Below are positions 24,376-36,100 of a DNA stretch of 64,000 nt, piece after piece. The DNA lies in assembly GCA_013239625.1 (NCBI GenBank), contig MU053881.1, positions 5,541,957 through 5,605,956 on the forward strand. Reading direction: 5' to 3'. Positions within the stretch are counted from its first letter, which is position 1. Every line of letters starts with the position of its first letter. This stretch comes from Lama guanicoe (Eukaryota). The notes below the pieces were generated by a model. That model made no database searches. It saw only the letters and a list, made by a program, of their open reading frames with translations, and was not told the origin of the DNA. Position numbers and translations under genes: made by a program.

Positions 24376-27300
24376 TAAGATCTCAGCACACGTTTTGAGG
24401 GCAAGGGCTGGGGCAAGGACAAGGTGACGCTGGGGGACCTGGGTCCCCTGCCCTCCCTTTTCTGTGCAGCCTCCGCACTTTGGGGGCAAGGGGTAGTGGT
24501 TTGGAGTGGGAAGGAACTCTGAGGTTCTACTGCCTGGCCTCGAATTCCAGCTCTGCCACTTACAAGTTGGGTAACCCTAGGCAAGTTCTTAACTGCTCTG
24601 TGCCTCAGTTTCCCCATCTGTAAGATGCTGATAATAATAGTACCTAGCTCCTAGAGTTGTTATGGGGATTAAATGAATTAATTCATGTCAGATGCTTGGG
24701 AGAGATGCTGGTGCGTGTCAGAGCTCGGTGAATGTGGGCAATTTCATTATTTGTGTGATACCAGCACCGTTACTGCCACTGCTGCGGCCACTGCATGGGG
24801 ATGCCTTTCAATAGCAGCACTAAAGGGGGCCCTTTAGTGACCCCTGCTCTCTGACAGCAGCCTCATGTTTTGATGTGCACAGTGCAGATGCAGCTTCAAG
24901 CCCCATCTCCCAAACTCAGCATCCTTCCTCAACTCCAGAGGAGTCCCAGCGTGCCCCTGGTTTACAGAGGACAAGCCTGCCCTGCGGAATAACTCCCCCA
25001 TTGACGTTCTACTATTAATGCCTCTCAGTTTATAAAACCCATGCTTCCTAGAAGGTCCAAGTCTCCAAACTCTTTTTTTTTTTCCAGCTAAAGTTGTGCA
25101 CGTAAAACATCCTATTTATGTCTAAAACTCAGCATAACATTTGTAAAAAAAAATCATGTGCAGGAAAAGTCTCGTGAATTTTGGATGCAGTTGGAAGACT
25201 GTCAGAATCACAGGTATATGGTTTGCAAAGGGAGTGAGGGTCTGCAGGGACTGTGCATCTCGGACCATGCCGGATCTGAGAGAGTGGCCGAGGCTCGTGT
25301 TACCATGGGAACGGCTGTTACCGCTTGTTAATAATGACTTGGTGGTCAGGAGTGGTTGTTTTAAGCATTGTAGCTCCTATCATGATAGTTTATTATGTAT
25401 AGGGAGAGTGATGCTATGTGTTAGTTACATTTTAGGAAATTAGTGGGGAGTTTGGAGTTGGCATGTCATTTTTTATAATTTTTCCCATTTAAAATTAATG
25501 GAAACTAGACTCCAGGTTGATTCTTTTTGCACAGAATTCCTGATATTTAGAAACAGAACTACTGATGCTTAATGGGGAAATCTGTGTTTCCTTTGAGAAA
25601 AGGATCCTGCTATTTAAGAAAACCGCAGTGGTTTAAAAACCACTGTTGAAATTCATCCCTCTCATTTCGTAGGAATGAAGAGAGGCCAGTGTCCGAGGGG
25701 GTATGAAGTCGGTTCCCCCAGCCCCACCCAGAGCTCTATCCACTGAAACTGGTTGCCTCCCAGTGGAGACTGCCAGCTTTCTTTTGCTTCTCTGAGCATC
25801 TCCCTGGGGCGTCTCCTGGATGTCCTTGAGGGCAGTAAAACCACCACCACAGACTGTTGGCTGTGGATTTCAAAGCCCTTTCTCATCTACTGCCTCCAGC
25901 CACCTTGGGAGGTGAGCCGGGCAGGGAGACTAGTTTCCCTTTCCCAAAGGGGAGGGGACAGAGGCACAGAGAGGGCAGGCCTCTTGCTCATGGTCACACA
26001 GCGGAGGCCCAGGAAGCAGAGCCGACATGTTGCCTCTGTCCTGATTCTTCGAGGTGCTTTTTAAAAAGTTTTTTCTTTTAAGAAATTAAACAAATTTTTT
26101 GTATATGATTATCAGAGGAAAACGAGAGTGTACAGAAAAGCAAAAGGCAAAAAAAAAAAAAAGGACTAATATTATCCAAATCTTTACACCGGAGATAACC
26201 ACTGATAACATTTGGAATATATTTTTCTAGACTTTTTCTATAGCTACATATACTCATAGTTTTTTTTAAAAAGATGAACTTACACCAGACTTGTTACTTT
26301 GCCCTTTACTTTTTTTATTTAAGATATATTAAGAACAACTTCTACATCTTAGGGAAATACCCGCATCTTCATTTTTCTCTTTTTCTCCAGAATTCCATCT
26401 TCTGACTATTGGGCATTTAGGTTAGTTAGTTAGTTTGTTTTTTATTGAAGTATAGTCGACTTACAATGTTATGTTAATGTCTGGTGTACTGCATGAGGCT
26501 GTTGCTTTTTTAAAATTAAAAAGAAATTGTATAAACAACTCTGTGATGGACATCTTTGAATTTTTGTGTTCTTGCCTGAGAATCTCTTAAGGAGAATTTT
26601 TAAGATTTTTTCGTGTCTATTGCCAAACTAGCTGCACAGAGCTACTTTTGATATTATAGAAAGATGTTTTCCCATCTAACAACCCTCCCACCCATCCATG
26701 CAACCTGCTGTCCGTTCAGACAACCTTCATTGGACTGCTAATGATGTACCCATTAAGAAAAACATCTATGTGTCTGTTCCCATTCTTGTTGGTGGCTGGT
26801 TACCAAGTTCATTACTTTCCCAAGTCCAAAGATAATACCAACAATCGCTAGCATTTATTGATGGCTTACTGTGTGCTAGACCTTTGGCTGTGCATTTTAC
26901 TTACATTGTATCATTTAATCTTCATTCTTGGAGATTTGTTGCTTTATCCCATCTGACAGATGAAATGAGAAACAAAGATGCTAAGTGAGTCCCCCTCCCC
27001 ACACTCAACCCCAGGCAACGCTGCTGGGAAGTGGCAGAGCTAGAAAAGGGGATGGAGAACAGGGGCAATTCGTAACTGGGCTGTGACCGGTATGAGGCTG
27101 TTTAAATAGATACACCAGAATGTTCTGTCCCAAAGTTGTCACCTTAGGCTGGTACTTTCCTATCCAGGGCTGCTGCTGTGGCCAGAATCCATTCTCACCC
27201 TCCTCTTTTGTCGCTGCTGCTGAGTCTAAATTTGTTACTTTGTAAACCCTTAAAGGTGCCCTCTCCTGGTTTTTGAAGATTTGGGTCTTAGACATTGTGA

Positions 27301-27510
27301 GATCAAGGAAGGTGGCCCTGAAACTGGGACGATTTCAAGCAGAAGGATGAGCATGGTGTGGAGGTGGGAAGGGGATGGTATGTTGGGGTCATGGGTGGAC
27401 TAGACTTGGGCCAGCACATAGGGAAAGATAAAGATGGGAAAGGAATTGGAGGCCATGTTGCAGAGGGCCTTGAATGCCACGGTGAAGAGTTTGCACTTGA
27501 TCGTTTACAT

Positions 27511-27694
27511 CAGTGGTTCTCGAAGTACAGCCTCTCAGAGTCGCAGTAGCAGCACCTGGGACCTTGTTAGAAATGCAAAATATTAGGTCCCAGCCTAGAT
27601 CTACTGAATCAGAAACTCTGGGATGAGGCCCAGCAACCTGTCTTAAAGAGCCTTCTAGGTGACTCTGATGCTTGCTGAAGTTTGAGAACTACTG
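27511..27694. mobile_element. MER5A hAT-Charlie element
   Basis: TIRs CAGTGGTTCTC...GAGAACTACTG. Internal TTGTTAGAAATGCA and CTACTGAATCAGAAACTCTGGG. Confidence 0.85.
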
Positions 27695-28423
27695 CATTAG
27701 GCATTAGGGACCCAGTGCCAATCTCACAGGGGAGAGGCACGAATTCTGTGTTTTAGAAAAAAAAATCAGGTTTGAGGGGCAAGAGTAAAAGCACTGAGGC
27801 CAGCCAGGAAGTGGTAAGAATAGACTAGGTCAGAAGTCCAGAGCATGAGATGGGAACATCATTTGGTTAGGAAAGTCTTCAGAGGAAGGAACATTTGAAC
27901 GGGATCTTGAAGGATGCATAGGAGTTCTCTAAGAGCCAAGAGAAGGAAGGGTAGTCTGAGTAGAGGGGCAGCATGTACAGAAGTGTGCAAAGAGAGGGTT
28001 GAAATGTGCACCAACTTTTTGGTGTTTCCTTCTGTGTGATGGTTCTTGGACCCATCTCGTGGCCAGGTCCAGGCTTTCTGTGCAGCTCCAGGAGCCAGCT
28101 TTTCTGTGTGGGTGTCTTTGACAAAACCAGCCCTGGTCCTGGGGTCAGCTCTCAGGGGCTGGGCTTTGGGATGAGAAATTATCTGTTGCCCTAGTGTCCT
28201 GGGCCCCTTCCCCAGCCACGGCATCCAGGGATGGACTTTGCCCGGACTGGGTGGAGGTCATTCACCAAACCTACCCCATCTGCAATCTGACAAAACAGCT
28301 CATTTTCTTCTAGCATTTGTAATCTTCAAAAAAATCCTTTTAGTGGTTTTCTTATGATCGCTTCTGCTTTAAATATCAAAATGATGCAAACGGGGGGGGG
28401 GGATTACCCAAAGTATTTCACCC

Positions 28424-28912
28424 CAGTGCTGTCTAATAGAAATATAATGTGACCCACATATATAATTTTAAAATGTTCTAATCGCCACATTAAAGCAAAA
28501 AGAAACTGATGAAATTAATTTAAATAATATAATTTATTTAACCTAGTATAGAAAGCATATCATTTCAGACATGTAATCAATATGAAAATTATTAATGAGA
28601 TATTTTACTTGTGTTTTTTTTTCATTCTCAGCCTTCAAATCCAGTAAGCATTGCACACTTACAGCACATCTCAATTCAGGAGCTAAATTTTCATCAGAAA
28701 TCCTTGGTCTGTATTTAGATGTCATAAAATTTACAATTGAAAAAGTTGATTCACATCCCTGGGTTGTTCCAGCTTTCTTAAATGTTTCCCAATAATAGAA
28801 TCAAGTATCAGTTTTTAACCTTAAGTTAATGAGAAGTAAGTAAAGTGATAAATTCTCCGTTTCAGGTCCTCAACAGTCACACGTGGTTACTGGCTTCTGC
28901 ACTGGCCACTGT
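28424..28912. mobile_element. MER33/Charlie-type hAT element
   Basis: CAGTGCTGTCTAATAGAAATATAATG ... ACACTTACAGCACATCTCAATTC ... CAACAGTCACACGTGGTTACTGGCT. Confidence 0.75.
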
Positions 28913-29127
28913 ACACCCCGGGCCCCAAAATAAGCGAATGCAGGGTACCCTGGGCTGACCTCATGAATTTCCTTTGGTTTCTAAGCCTTCCCCCGACAAC
29001 CCCACTCCCCAGCCCCAGTCAGCCAGATTTAGGTCTCCAGCAAAGTCTTTCAAGGGTTGGCTCTCTTTTCCTGCATGTCTTCTGGGAGTGAGACTGAGTC
29101 ACATGAAGAAAGAACAGCCCTGGTTTA

Positions 29128-29478
29128 TAGCATCTGCCAGTTTCTGTGGTGTAAGCTCTTCCCACCACGGTCAATTACAAGTTGAAACAAAGCGTCACTC
29201 GCACAGAATTGGGAAGAAATGCGGTGGCACTCCATTATGAAGTTATTTCTGCCATACAGATGTGACAGATGTAATAACTTCAAGAGTATATAGATAACAG
29301 AATTAAGGGAGGTGATGAGTTTTATGTATTTATCATCTTTGTTTTTTTTTTAATGTACTTTTTTAAATGATGAGGTTACCTAACTTAGTGGTTGTGTTTA
29401 ACAACCGGGTTGTAAACATTTCTGAAACTTTAACAATCGGTCCTCACAAGCCAGTGAGAGCTGGTCCAGCACACCCTC
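29128..29478. mobile_element. MER63-like hAT-Blackjack element
   Basis: GCCAGTTTCTGTGGTGTAAG..CTTCCCACCA, TTTAACAACCGG, terminal GAGCTGGTCCAGCACACC. Confidence 0.65.
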
Positions 29479-30124
29479 AGAGCCCAACCTGAGGACTGTT
29501 GACTAAACCACAGAACTCTGCAGCTGGCTGTCATGCAGCCAACATCTCATTTGAAAAATGAGACAACTGCGGACCAGAGAGGGTCTGGAATTTACCTAAA
29601 ATCACACAGCGAATTAGTCACAAGCCCAAACACACAGATGTCAGGGACTGAGGGCGAGAGACCCTGCTCATGTCACACTGCCCTAGGAAAAGCCCTTCCA
29701 TAGCTCTCCAGAATATATTCCAAACCCGTTACCTGGGACACAGGCTCGTTGTAGTCAGCCGTCTGTTAGTATCTTCCCAGGCCTCTCTTCTCCAGCTGTT
29801 CTGAACTGTTCACAGGCGGCACCTCCAGCTATCCATCGCTTGCAAGGAGGAGAGGTGGACTCTTCCTTCCTCTGAACCTTTTCCTTTGTGCTGAACCTGG
29901 CAGAGCAGTGAAGGTGGCTGCGGAGTCCTGCTTTGTAGCCTGTGAGGATTTTGAAAGCTCCTTCTGATTGGTTCCAGGTTTTCCTCAACCTTTTTGACAA
30001 GGACAGCAAACCCAATGTGTTGATCTCTTACTTGTTCACCCCAGGACTTCTGACCCTTATCTCTAGAAGCTTGGGTCATATTGGAAGAATTAAGCCTACA
30101 GCCCTGTTGGAACACAGCGCTCTC

Positions 30125-31030
30125 CATTTATTCATATAAACAAGTCTGTTGAATTCTTTCCTAGTGTCAAGTCCTGTTCCAGCCCCAGGGATACAGGAGT
30201 GACCAAGGCAGGTCAGATCCTTGGCCTTACTGAGCTCAGAGCCTAGTGATAGATGCGGACAATATGGAAGCAAATAAAGGAATACATGAGAGGGCTTGAG
30301 CAAGTGATAAACATGCAAAAGAAAAATGCACTAGGAAATGTGATAGAGGTTCCTGGTTAGGGGTCAGGAGCAGTGCTTTCAAGACAAGGGATAGGGAACA
30401 CCTTTCTCATGAGATGACCTTTTAGCTGAGACCCCAAAGACAAGATAAAGGGCCAACCTGCAAATATTTCCAGGAGCAGAAATTTCCAGGTAGAGAGAAT
30501 AGGAAGTGCAAAGGCCCTGAGGTAGAAGCCAATGAAGCCTGTAAGGACCAGACAAAAGTTGTTGGGCTGGAGGATGGCAGAGAACAATATGAAAGGAGAC
30601 CAGATTGTCTGTGGCCTTGAACGCTGACTCCTGAGCACCTCCTGTGTGGTAGGCCCTGTTCTAGGGGCTGGCGATTCAGTCGTGAACAAGAGATACAGTT
30701 CTAATCCTCATGGATCTCACAGTCCGGTGGGGAAGACAGCCAGTAAGCACATAAACACGTAATTCAGGTAACAATGAGGACCACGATGGATTTAAAATCA
30801 GTGGTGTGGCCTGGGGACAGGGCAGGCTATCTCCACGCATGGTCAGTGAGAGGCCTCTCTGGGGAGGTGACATTTGAGAGGGACTCAGTCAAGGGAGGAT
30901 CAAGGTGACAGCAAGTGCAAGGGCCCTGAGGTGAGAGCGTGCTTACTACATTCAAAGGCAGTGAGGGGCCAGTGTGCCTGGTTTGGGGTGGGGGTGTTAG
31001 GAGGGCGGTCAGGGAGATAGGAGTTGTGGT
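30125..31030 (-). mobile_element. L2 fragments (two overlapping copies)
   Basis: Typical antisense L2 strings, e.g. GGAAGTGCAAAGGCCCTGAGGTAG and GCAAGTGCAAGGGCCCTGAGGTG. Confidence 0.6.
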
Positions 31031-32624
31031 GTTGGGGAACCTCTGGGGGTTTCAAGCAGGACAGTGTCTGCCCTCTTCCTCGGCTGTTAATCTGATTAGT
31101 CTCCGGGTCCCTTTGATAGTTCTCCATGTGTCTCTCACGCGTTGTTCTCTTCCCTGCCCTGCAGTGAAGGAACTGGGACTAGTCCTGGCTTGAAGCGCCA
31201 GTTGGAATCTTAGCTAACCTCTGAATATTTATCTCATTATCTCTAAAATGGGGATGATGATAACAAAATCTTTCCCCTTGTAAAGATTAAGTGAGGCATG
31301 CAGGTCGGGCATGGGCAGCAGTGTCTGACACAAAGTGGGTGCTTAGTTAATGCCATTGCATCTCTCTCCCCTTCTCTCCCAGTCCTTTCTTTCCATTCCT
31401 ACTATGCCTTCAACACCCCTTCCCCCCTGGCTCTTTTGGCTCTTCTGCCTTTCACCTAGTGAACCTTCCCAAGGCTTTGCTGTGATCGTGCAACCCCCAG
31501 GTGACGTCAGAGTAGATGATAGCATTAGCACAGGGTGAGGAAGGCCTTTCATGTGTGTACAGCAGGCCAGGTCACCACCCCTGGAGACTCGGCACAGGTG
31601 CAGTTCGGAAGTCCCTCTGTCCCCCAGTTTTGTCTGGTTTTGCACAAGTTTATCTGCCCAGGAAACTCCTCGCTGACTACCAAACAAAGCAGTGGCTCCT
31701 TTGCTTGGCCTGGAGGGCGTCCACAGTCATGGAGCCTTCCTGGGTCTCCCCCCGGCCCAGGTGTGGACGTGCCGTTCTCGGTGCTGACTGTCCGCAGCAC
31801 TTACGTATGTGACGCTCCGGCTGGGCTGCGTCTCCCAGCCTCATTCCTTCTGCTACCTCTGGAATAGTTAATATTTTTTTTTAAGGTGACTCACTTTTTA
31901 GAAATTAAATACATTTATTTAAAAAGAAACTTTCGTCTTACTACCCTAAATGGAAAACTGGAACCCACTTGCCATAAATAGAAATAAAAAAAAATAAACC
32001 AGTTCTGTTCCGTTCTAGCCCGATCGCTTCGCCTGCCAAAGCCTCCCGCCCGGGCCCTGCGCTCCCTGCTGGAAGGGAGGCGGTTGTGACGGGCCTCTTG
32101 AGTGCTCGGTGTGGACTCGACTTGGATGGGAGAACGAGCAGGGCGGGGGACCCCGCTCCCTCATGCTGTGCGGCGTCTAAGCTCAGCTCCTGACCTCAGG
32201 ACCTCCACTTGGGGATGCGCCCCAGGCGGGGGGGGGGTGCCAGTCTCTGAGCTGGGGCTCTTGGGCCTGGCCATGCCTGTCAGGGCAGAGGTTGGGGTCG
32301 GTCCTCTTAGGACTGAAGCAGCCAGGCTCAGTGTCTCATCCAAGGACACTCAGGGAGACAAGAGACTGGGTTTGAACCCGCCTCTCCCGACCCAGGATGC
32401 CCCCGCAGCTCGTGTCTCAACTCTCATCATTGTCCTCACCTGGGCCTTCCCAGCATTTTTAGCTGTGGGGTCCTCCTGCGTTGAGATCTTTGCAGAAGTC
32501 CCGTGGACCACCAAGAAAACACCAGCTGCCCTAAGTTGGCGTGGCAGGTCTCCCCCGACCCTCAGCCCGCCACTCCCCTGCTGGTCCCCAGAGTAGCTCC
32601 TAGGCCTTTTGGACTCTGATCTAC

Positions 32625-32775
32625 ACCAGGGATTGGACCATCCTCTGTGCTAAACATCCCTGCCTCTGCCCACTAGATGCCAGTAGAGCCCCCATCTCCC
32701 CACTCACTGCGACAACCATGAGCGTCTCCAGATGTTGCCAAATGTCCCCTGGGGGACAAAACTGCCGTCGGGAGG
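32625..32775 (+). mobile_element. MER20 fragment
   Basis: CCCACTAGATGCCAGTAG...GTCTCCAGATGTTGCCAAATGTCCCCTGGGGGACAAAACTGCC. Confidence 0.8.
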
Positions 32776-32864
32776 GACTACACGTCTCTCTCACTCCCAG
32801 CCTCTTGCGGTTGGGAGCAGGAGGCCAGGCCGGACAGGCTGTGAGCCACGGCCTCTGACCTGAG

Positions 32865-33110
32865 AGCCAGGTCACAAAATGGTGATCTCAGGCTCAACTG
32901 GGCCTACGGACACATTTTGTTTGGCAGGCAAGCTGATTTTAGAAATTTGTTGCTAGCTTTTTGTCAGAAGATGTCACCTAAGATTCTGGCCTTTGGACTT
33001 TTCTTGAACAACCTGGAGATGTGCACGTATAGGCTACCTTCCTGCAGTTGCCTGGGGCTGAGCAGCAACGGCCCCTCAGGCAGAGATCTGCTCTCTCGTT
33101 AGCCTCAGAC
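32865..33110. mobile_element. MER102-like hAT-Charlie relic
   Basis: ACATTTTGTTTGGC, CTTTTCTTGAACAACCTGGAGAT, GGGCTGAGCAGCAACGGCCCC. Family name is from memory. Confidence 0.45.
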
Positions 33111-36100
33111 CCCACTGCTCCCTAATGATCCCCAATTCTGAGGCTGAGTGCTCTTTGTCACTAGTGCCTGCCACTGTATTTCTTAAAGGAGAACTGAGAG
33201 GAAGAATTTCTCATTTCATGTCTCTATCAAAACTGAGGAAAGCACAGAAAACCATGAGGACTGTGTTCCCAGAAAAGTGTGCAAGATGACATTTTTTCAT
33301 ATCTGCTTTGCCCTACAAGTTAGTTACCCAGACCTGGTGGCATTTAAACTGGGACTCCTGGCCTATGGAATCCCAAAATAGGCTTGTGATAGGTCTGTGG
33401 ACTTCCGGTATGTGTACACCAAGTTGTGGTTGTGTGTGTGTGTGTGTGACCCTGAAGGAGTGACTGCAGGCTTTCCAGAGTGTGACTTCTTGTCCGAAAG
33501 TGAACAAAGAGGAAGTGCAGGTCCCAGGGTCACAGAGCAGGGTGTGGGTGGGAGGGACCTCGCTGTCCACACATGTTCGCATGACCGCATGTCACCGGCC
33601 AGGGTTTCTGTGGCTTGTCACCGTGGGCTCAGAGGCTAGCTGTCGGTCACTGACAGAGATTGCATATCTGGCCTTAAAAAAACACCAGAACTATAAAGAG
33701 AGGGTGACATTCGAGAGTAGCTAGCGAGGCTGCACGCATTTAGAAAGTTTCTCAGCGTGACAGGAGCGCCATGCTGGCGTCAGGAGACCTGAGATCTTCC
33801 CGGATCTGGGAACAACCCTCTGTGACCCTCAGAAGCACTGCCCCTCCCCTGCATCTCCGTTTCCTGGTCCGTAATGCCAGGGGGATTGCAAAGGTTGATC
33901 TCAAGGAGGTCTTTTTGCCTGAGTCGTCTCATTTTGTCCAAACCCAGGGATCTGTGAAATCCTGAATTCTGGGTCCGTGGTCAGCTGGGTGGCCTGTGGT
34001 GGCCTTTCTTGGCAGTACTGTGAGTCAGGATCTCTTTTCATGGGCTCTGGGATCCTGGTCCCCCTGGGGCTCCCTGGCATTTACCCACCCCTGCTCTCCT
34101 CCTGGATTGGGCCTGCAGGGCCCCCCCACTTTGGGGCACACACGCGCACACGCACACATGTATCCATAATAGCACTTTGCGAAGCACCTGAAAGTCTGTT
34201 CAGGCTTCTGTGTCCTCTGGGTAAATGTATGCTTACTTCTTACCATTTCTGTTTTATAGATCGGGTGTCCTGAGGCTCAGGGAGGGGAAGCGGGTGCAGA
34301 AGCTTGTGACTTCTTGGCCTAGAGGGTGAATCAGGAGGCAGGGGGTGGAGGTGACAGGAAAATGTCAGCAAAATAACACAGATAGCTGCCTTTGCTGCGG
34401 ACTTTCTCTGTGCTGGGCCTGTGCGGGATTCTTTCGTGCTTATCTTGCTGAATCCTTATAATTCTATGGAATTGAGGTGTTGTCATCCCATTTTATGGAT
34501 GTGAAGACTGAAGGTCAGAGAGAGAGAGAGACTTGTCTTAGGGCTCACAGCCAGGTTCCACCCCGCACCAGCCCGGCTCCCGCCCCTGCAGAGCCCCTCC
34601 CTGGGCGCCAGCCCTGGGTACCGCTGGGAATAGTTCAGGGGACCCAGTGTGTGCCCTGCTCCTCTGCCTGAGGGATCCATTGTCCTGCGGGCTGTTTCTT
34701 GGCGGTGTCTGCCGGGGAGGGGGTCTGTGGCTCGGGGGTCCATCCAGCTTCCGCCTTGGGCTGGGTGGACACTCATGGTGCTGCCGGTTCCCTCAGCCAC
34801 GAGCAGGTAGACGAGTGTGGCTACAGCCGGACAGGCCGGGGTAACGTGGGGTTTTGCCTGCAATCCTGCTGTTGGAATGGCCAGGCCAGACAGAGTCTCT
34901 GTGTCACAGCCACAGGAGCAAGGGCGACTCTGAGGTCCAGGGATTCGCCCACCATGTGCCCAAGCGTTCAGTTCACCGTCGGACCCTGTCAGCCAGTCAG
35001 CTGTCATCTCCACGGCGCTCCCATGTGCGCCTCCCATCCCTGCTCGCCCCTCCCGCCCACGCACATCCTCATTCTTTTGGCCCATCAAGCACTGGCTTTG
35101 GAGTCTGCTGTACCTGGGTTGGAATCTGGTTGCCGCTGTGCTGTTCCGTGACCCCAGACAGGTCTCTTCATGCCTCTGAGCCTCAGTTTCCCCATCTGGA
35201 CGTTAACCTTGCAGCAGTTGGCCCAGGCGGCAAGACAGTAGGAGCCCCGTGCCAGGTACCCGGCTAACATGTTATATGTCGTTCAAAGTCTAGATTGGCA
35301 GATAAATGTGTAAACGCAGCCCACAGGCTGTACCTAAGGCAGGCTTTTCCTAGTGTTTTGCAATAGGGCGACCCTTTCTTTGTTGGCATTTTTCAAATCT
35401 AAGGAACCAAGTGTCTGACTTGGCTTGAAGGATCAGCAGCTCCCGTGATAGGGGCCCGTATTCCCACGTGGCACCTATAAGCTGGGCTGAGGGCTGTGCC
35501 GCACAGATGACCGCCCGCTCTCCCGTCTGCCATCCCCTGCCCTGGTGGCTTCCCTGCATTTACACCCCACCTGGCCCTGATGGGAGCAGATAATCCCAGT
35601 TCTGGGTGGGAAGTGGGGAGGCAGAGGGGCTCTCTTCTGTCTTCTGTGGATGGCGGGGACACGTCTTCCTTCCTGGCCGTGCCCTACTGCGCTCTCTCTC
35701 CGGAGCCCTCAGACCTGTGTCCTCACTGATGGAACCTCTGTGCTTGCTGCCCTCATGGAGTCTCTGAGTCCCTTTCGTGATAACTCCTACCTGTGTCTGA
35801 TATTCCACACCTGTGACCTCATGTGACTGCACCCCCACCACCACCTCCCCGGAGCTGGTGTGGCAGCCATAATTCACTCATTCACTCATTCAGTCACTGA
35901 CTCACTCGCTTACTCATTCATTCACCAGCAGATGTTTCCAGAGCATCAGCTGTGTGCCAGGCCCTGTTTTAAGCGCCGAGGGCACAGACACAAAGCCTGT
36001 CCTCTGGGAAATTACATTTGTCAGGGCGGTGGGGTCGGGGTGGGGAGGCAGGCTTTCCAGCTGTGCGTCTGTGTTTCCTGTGACCCTCCTGACCCCTAGT

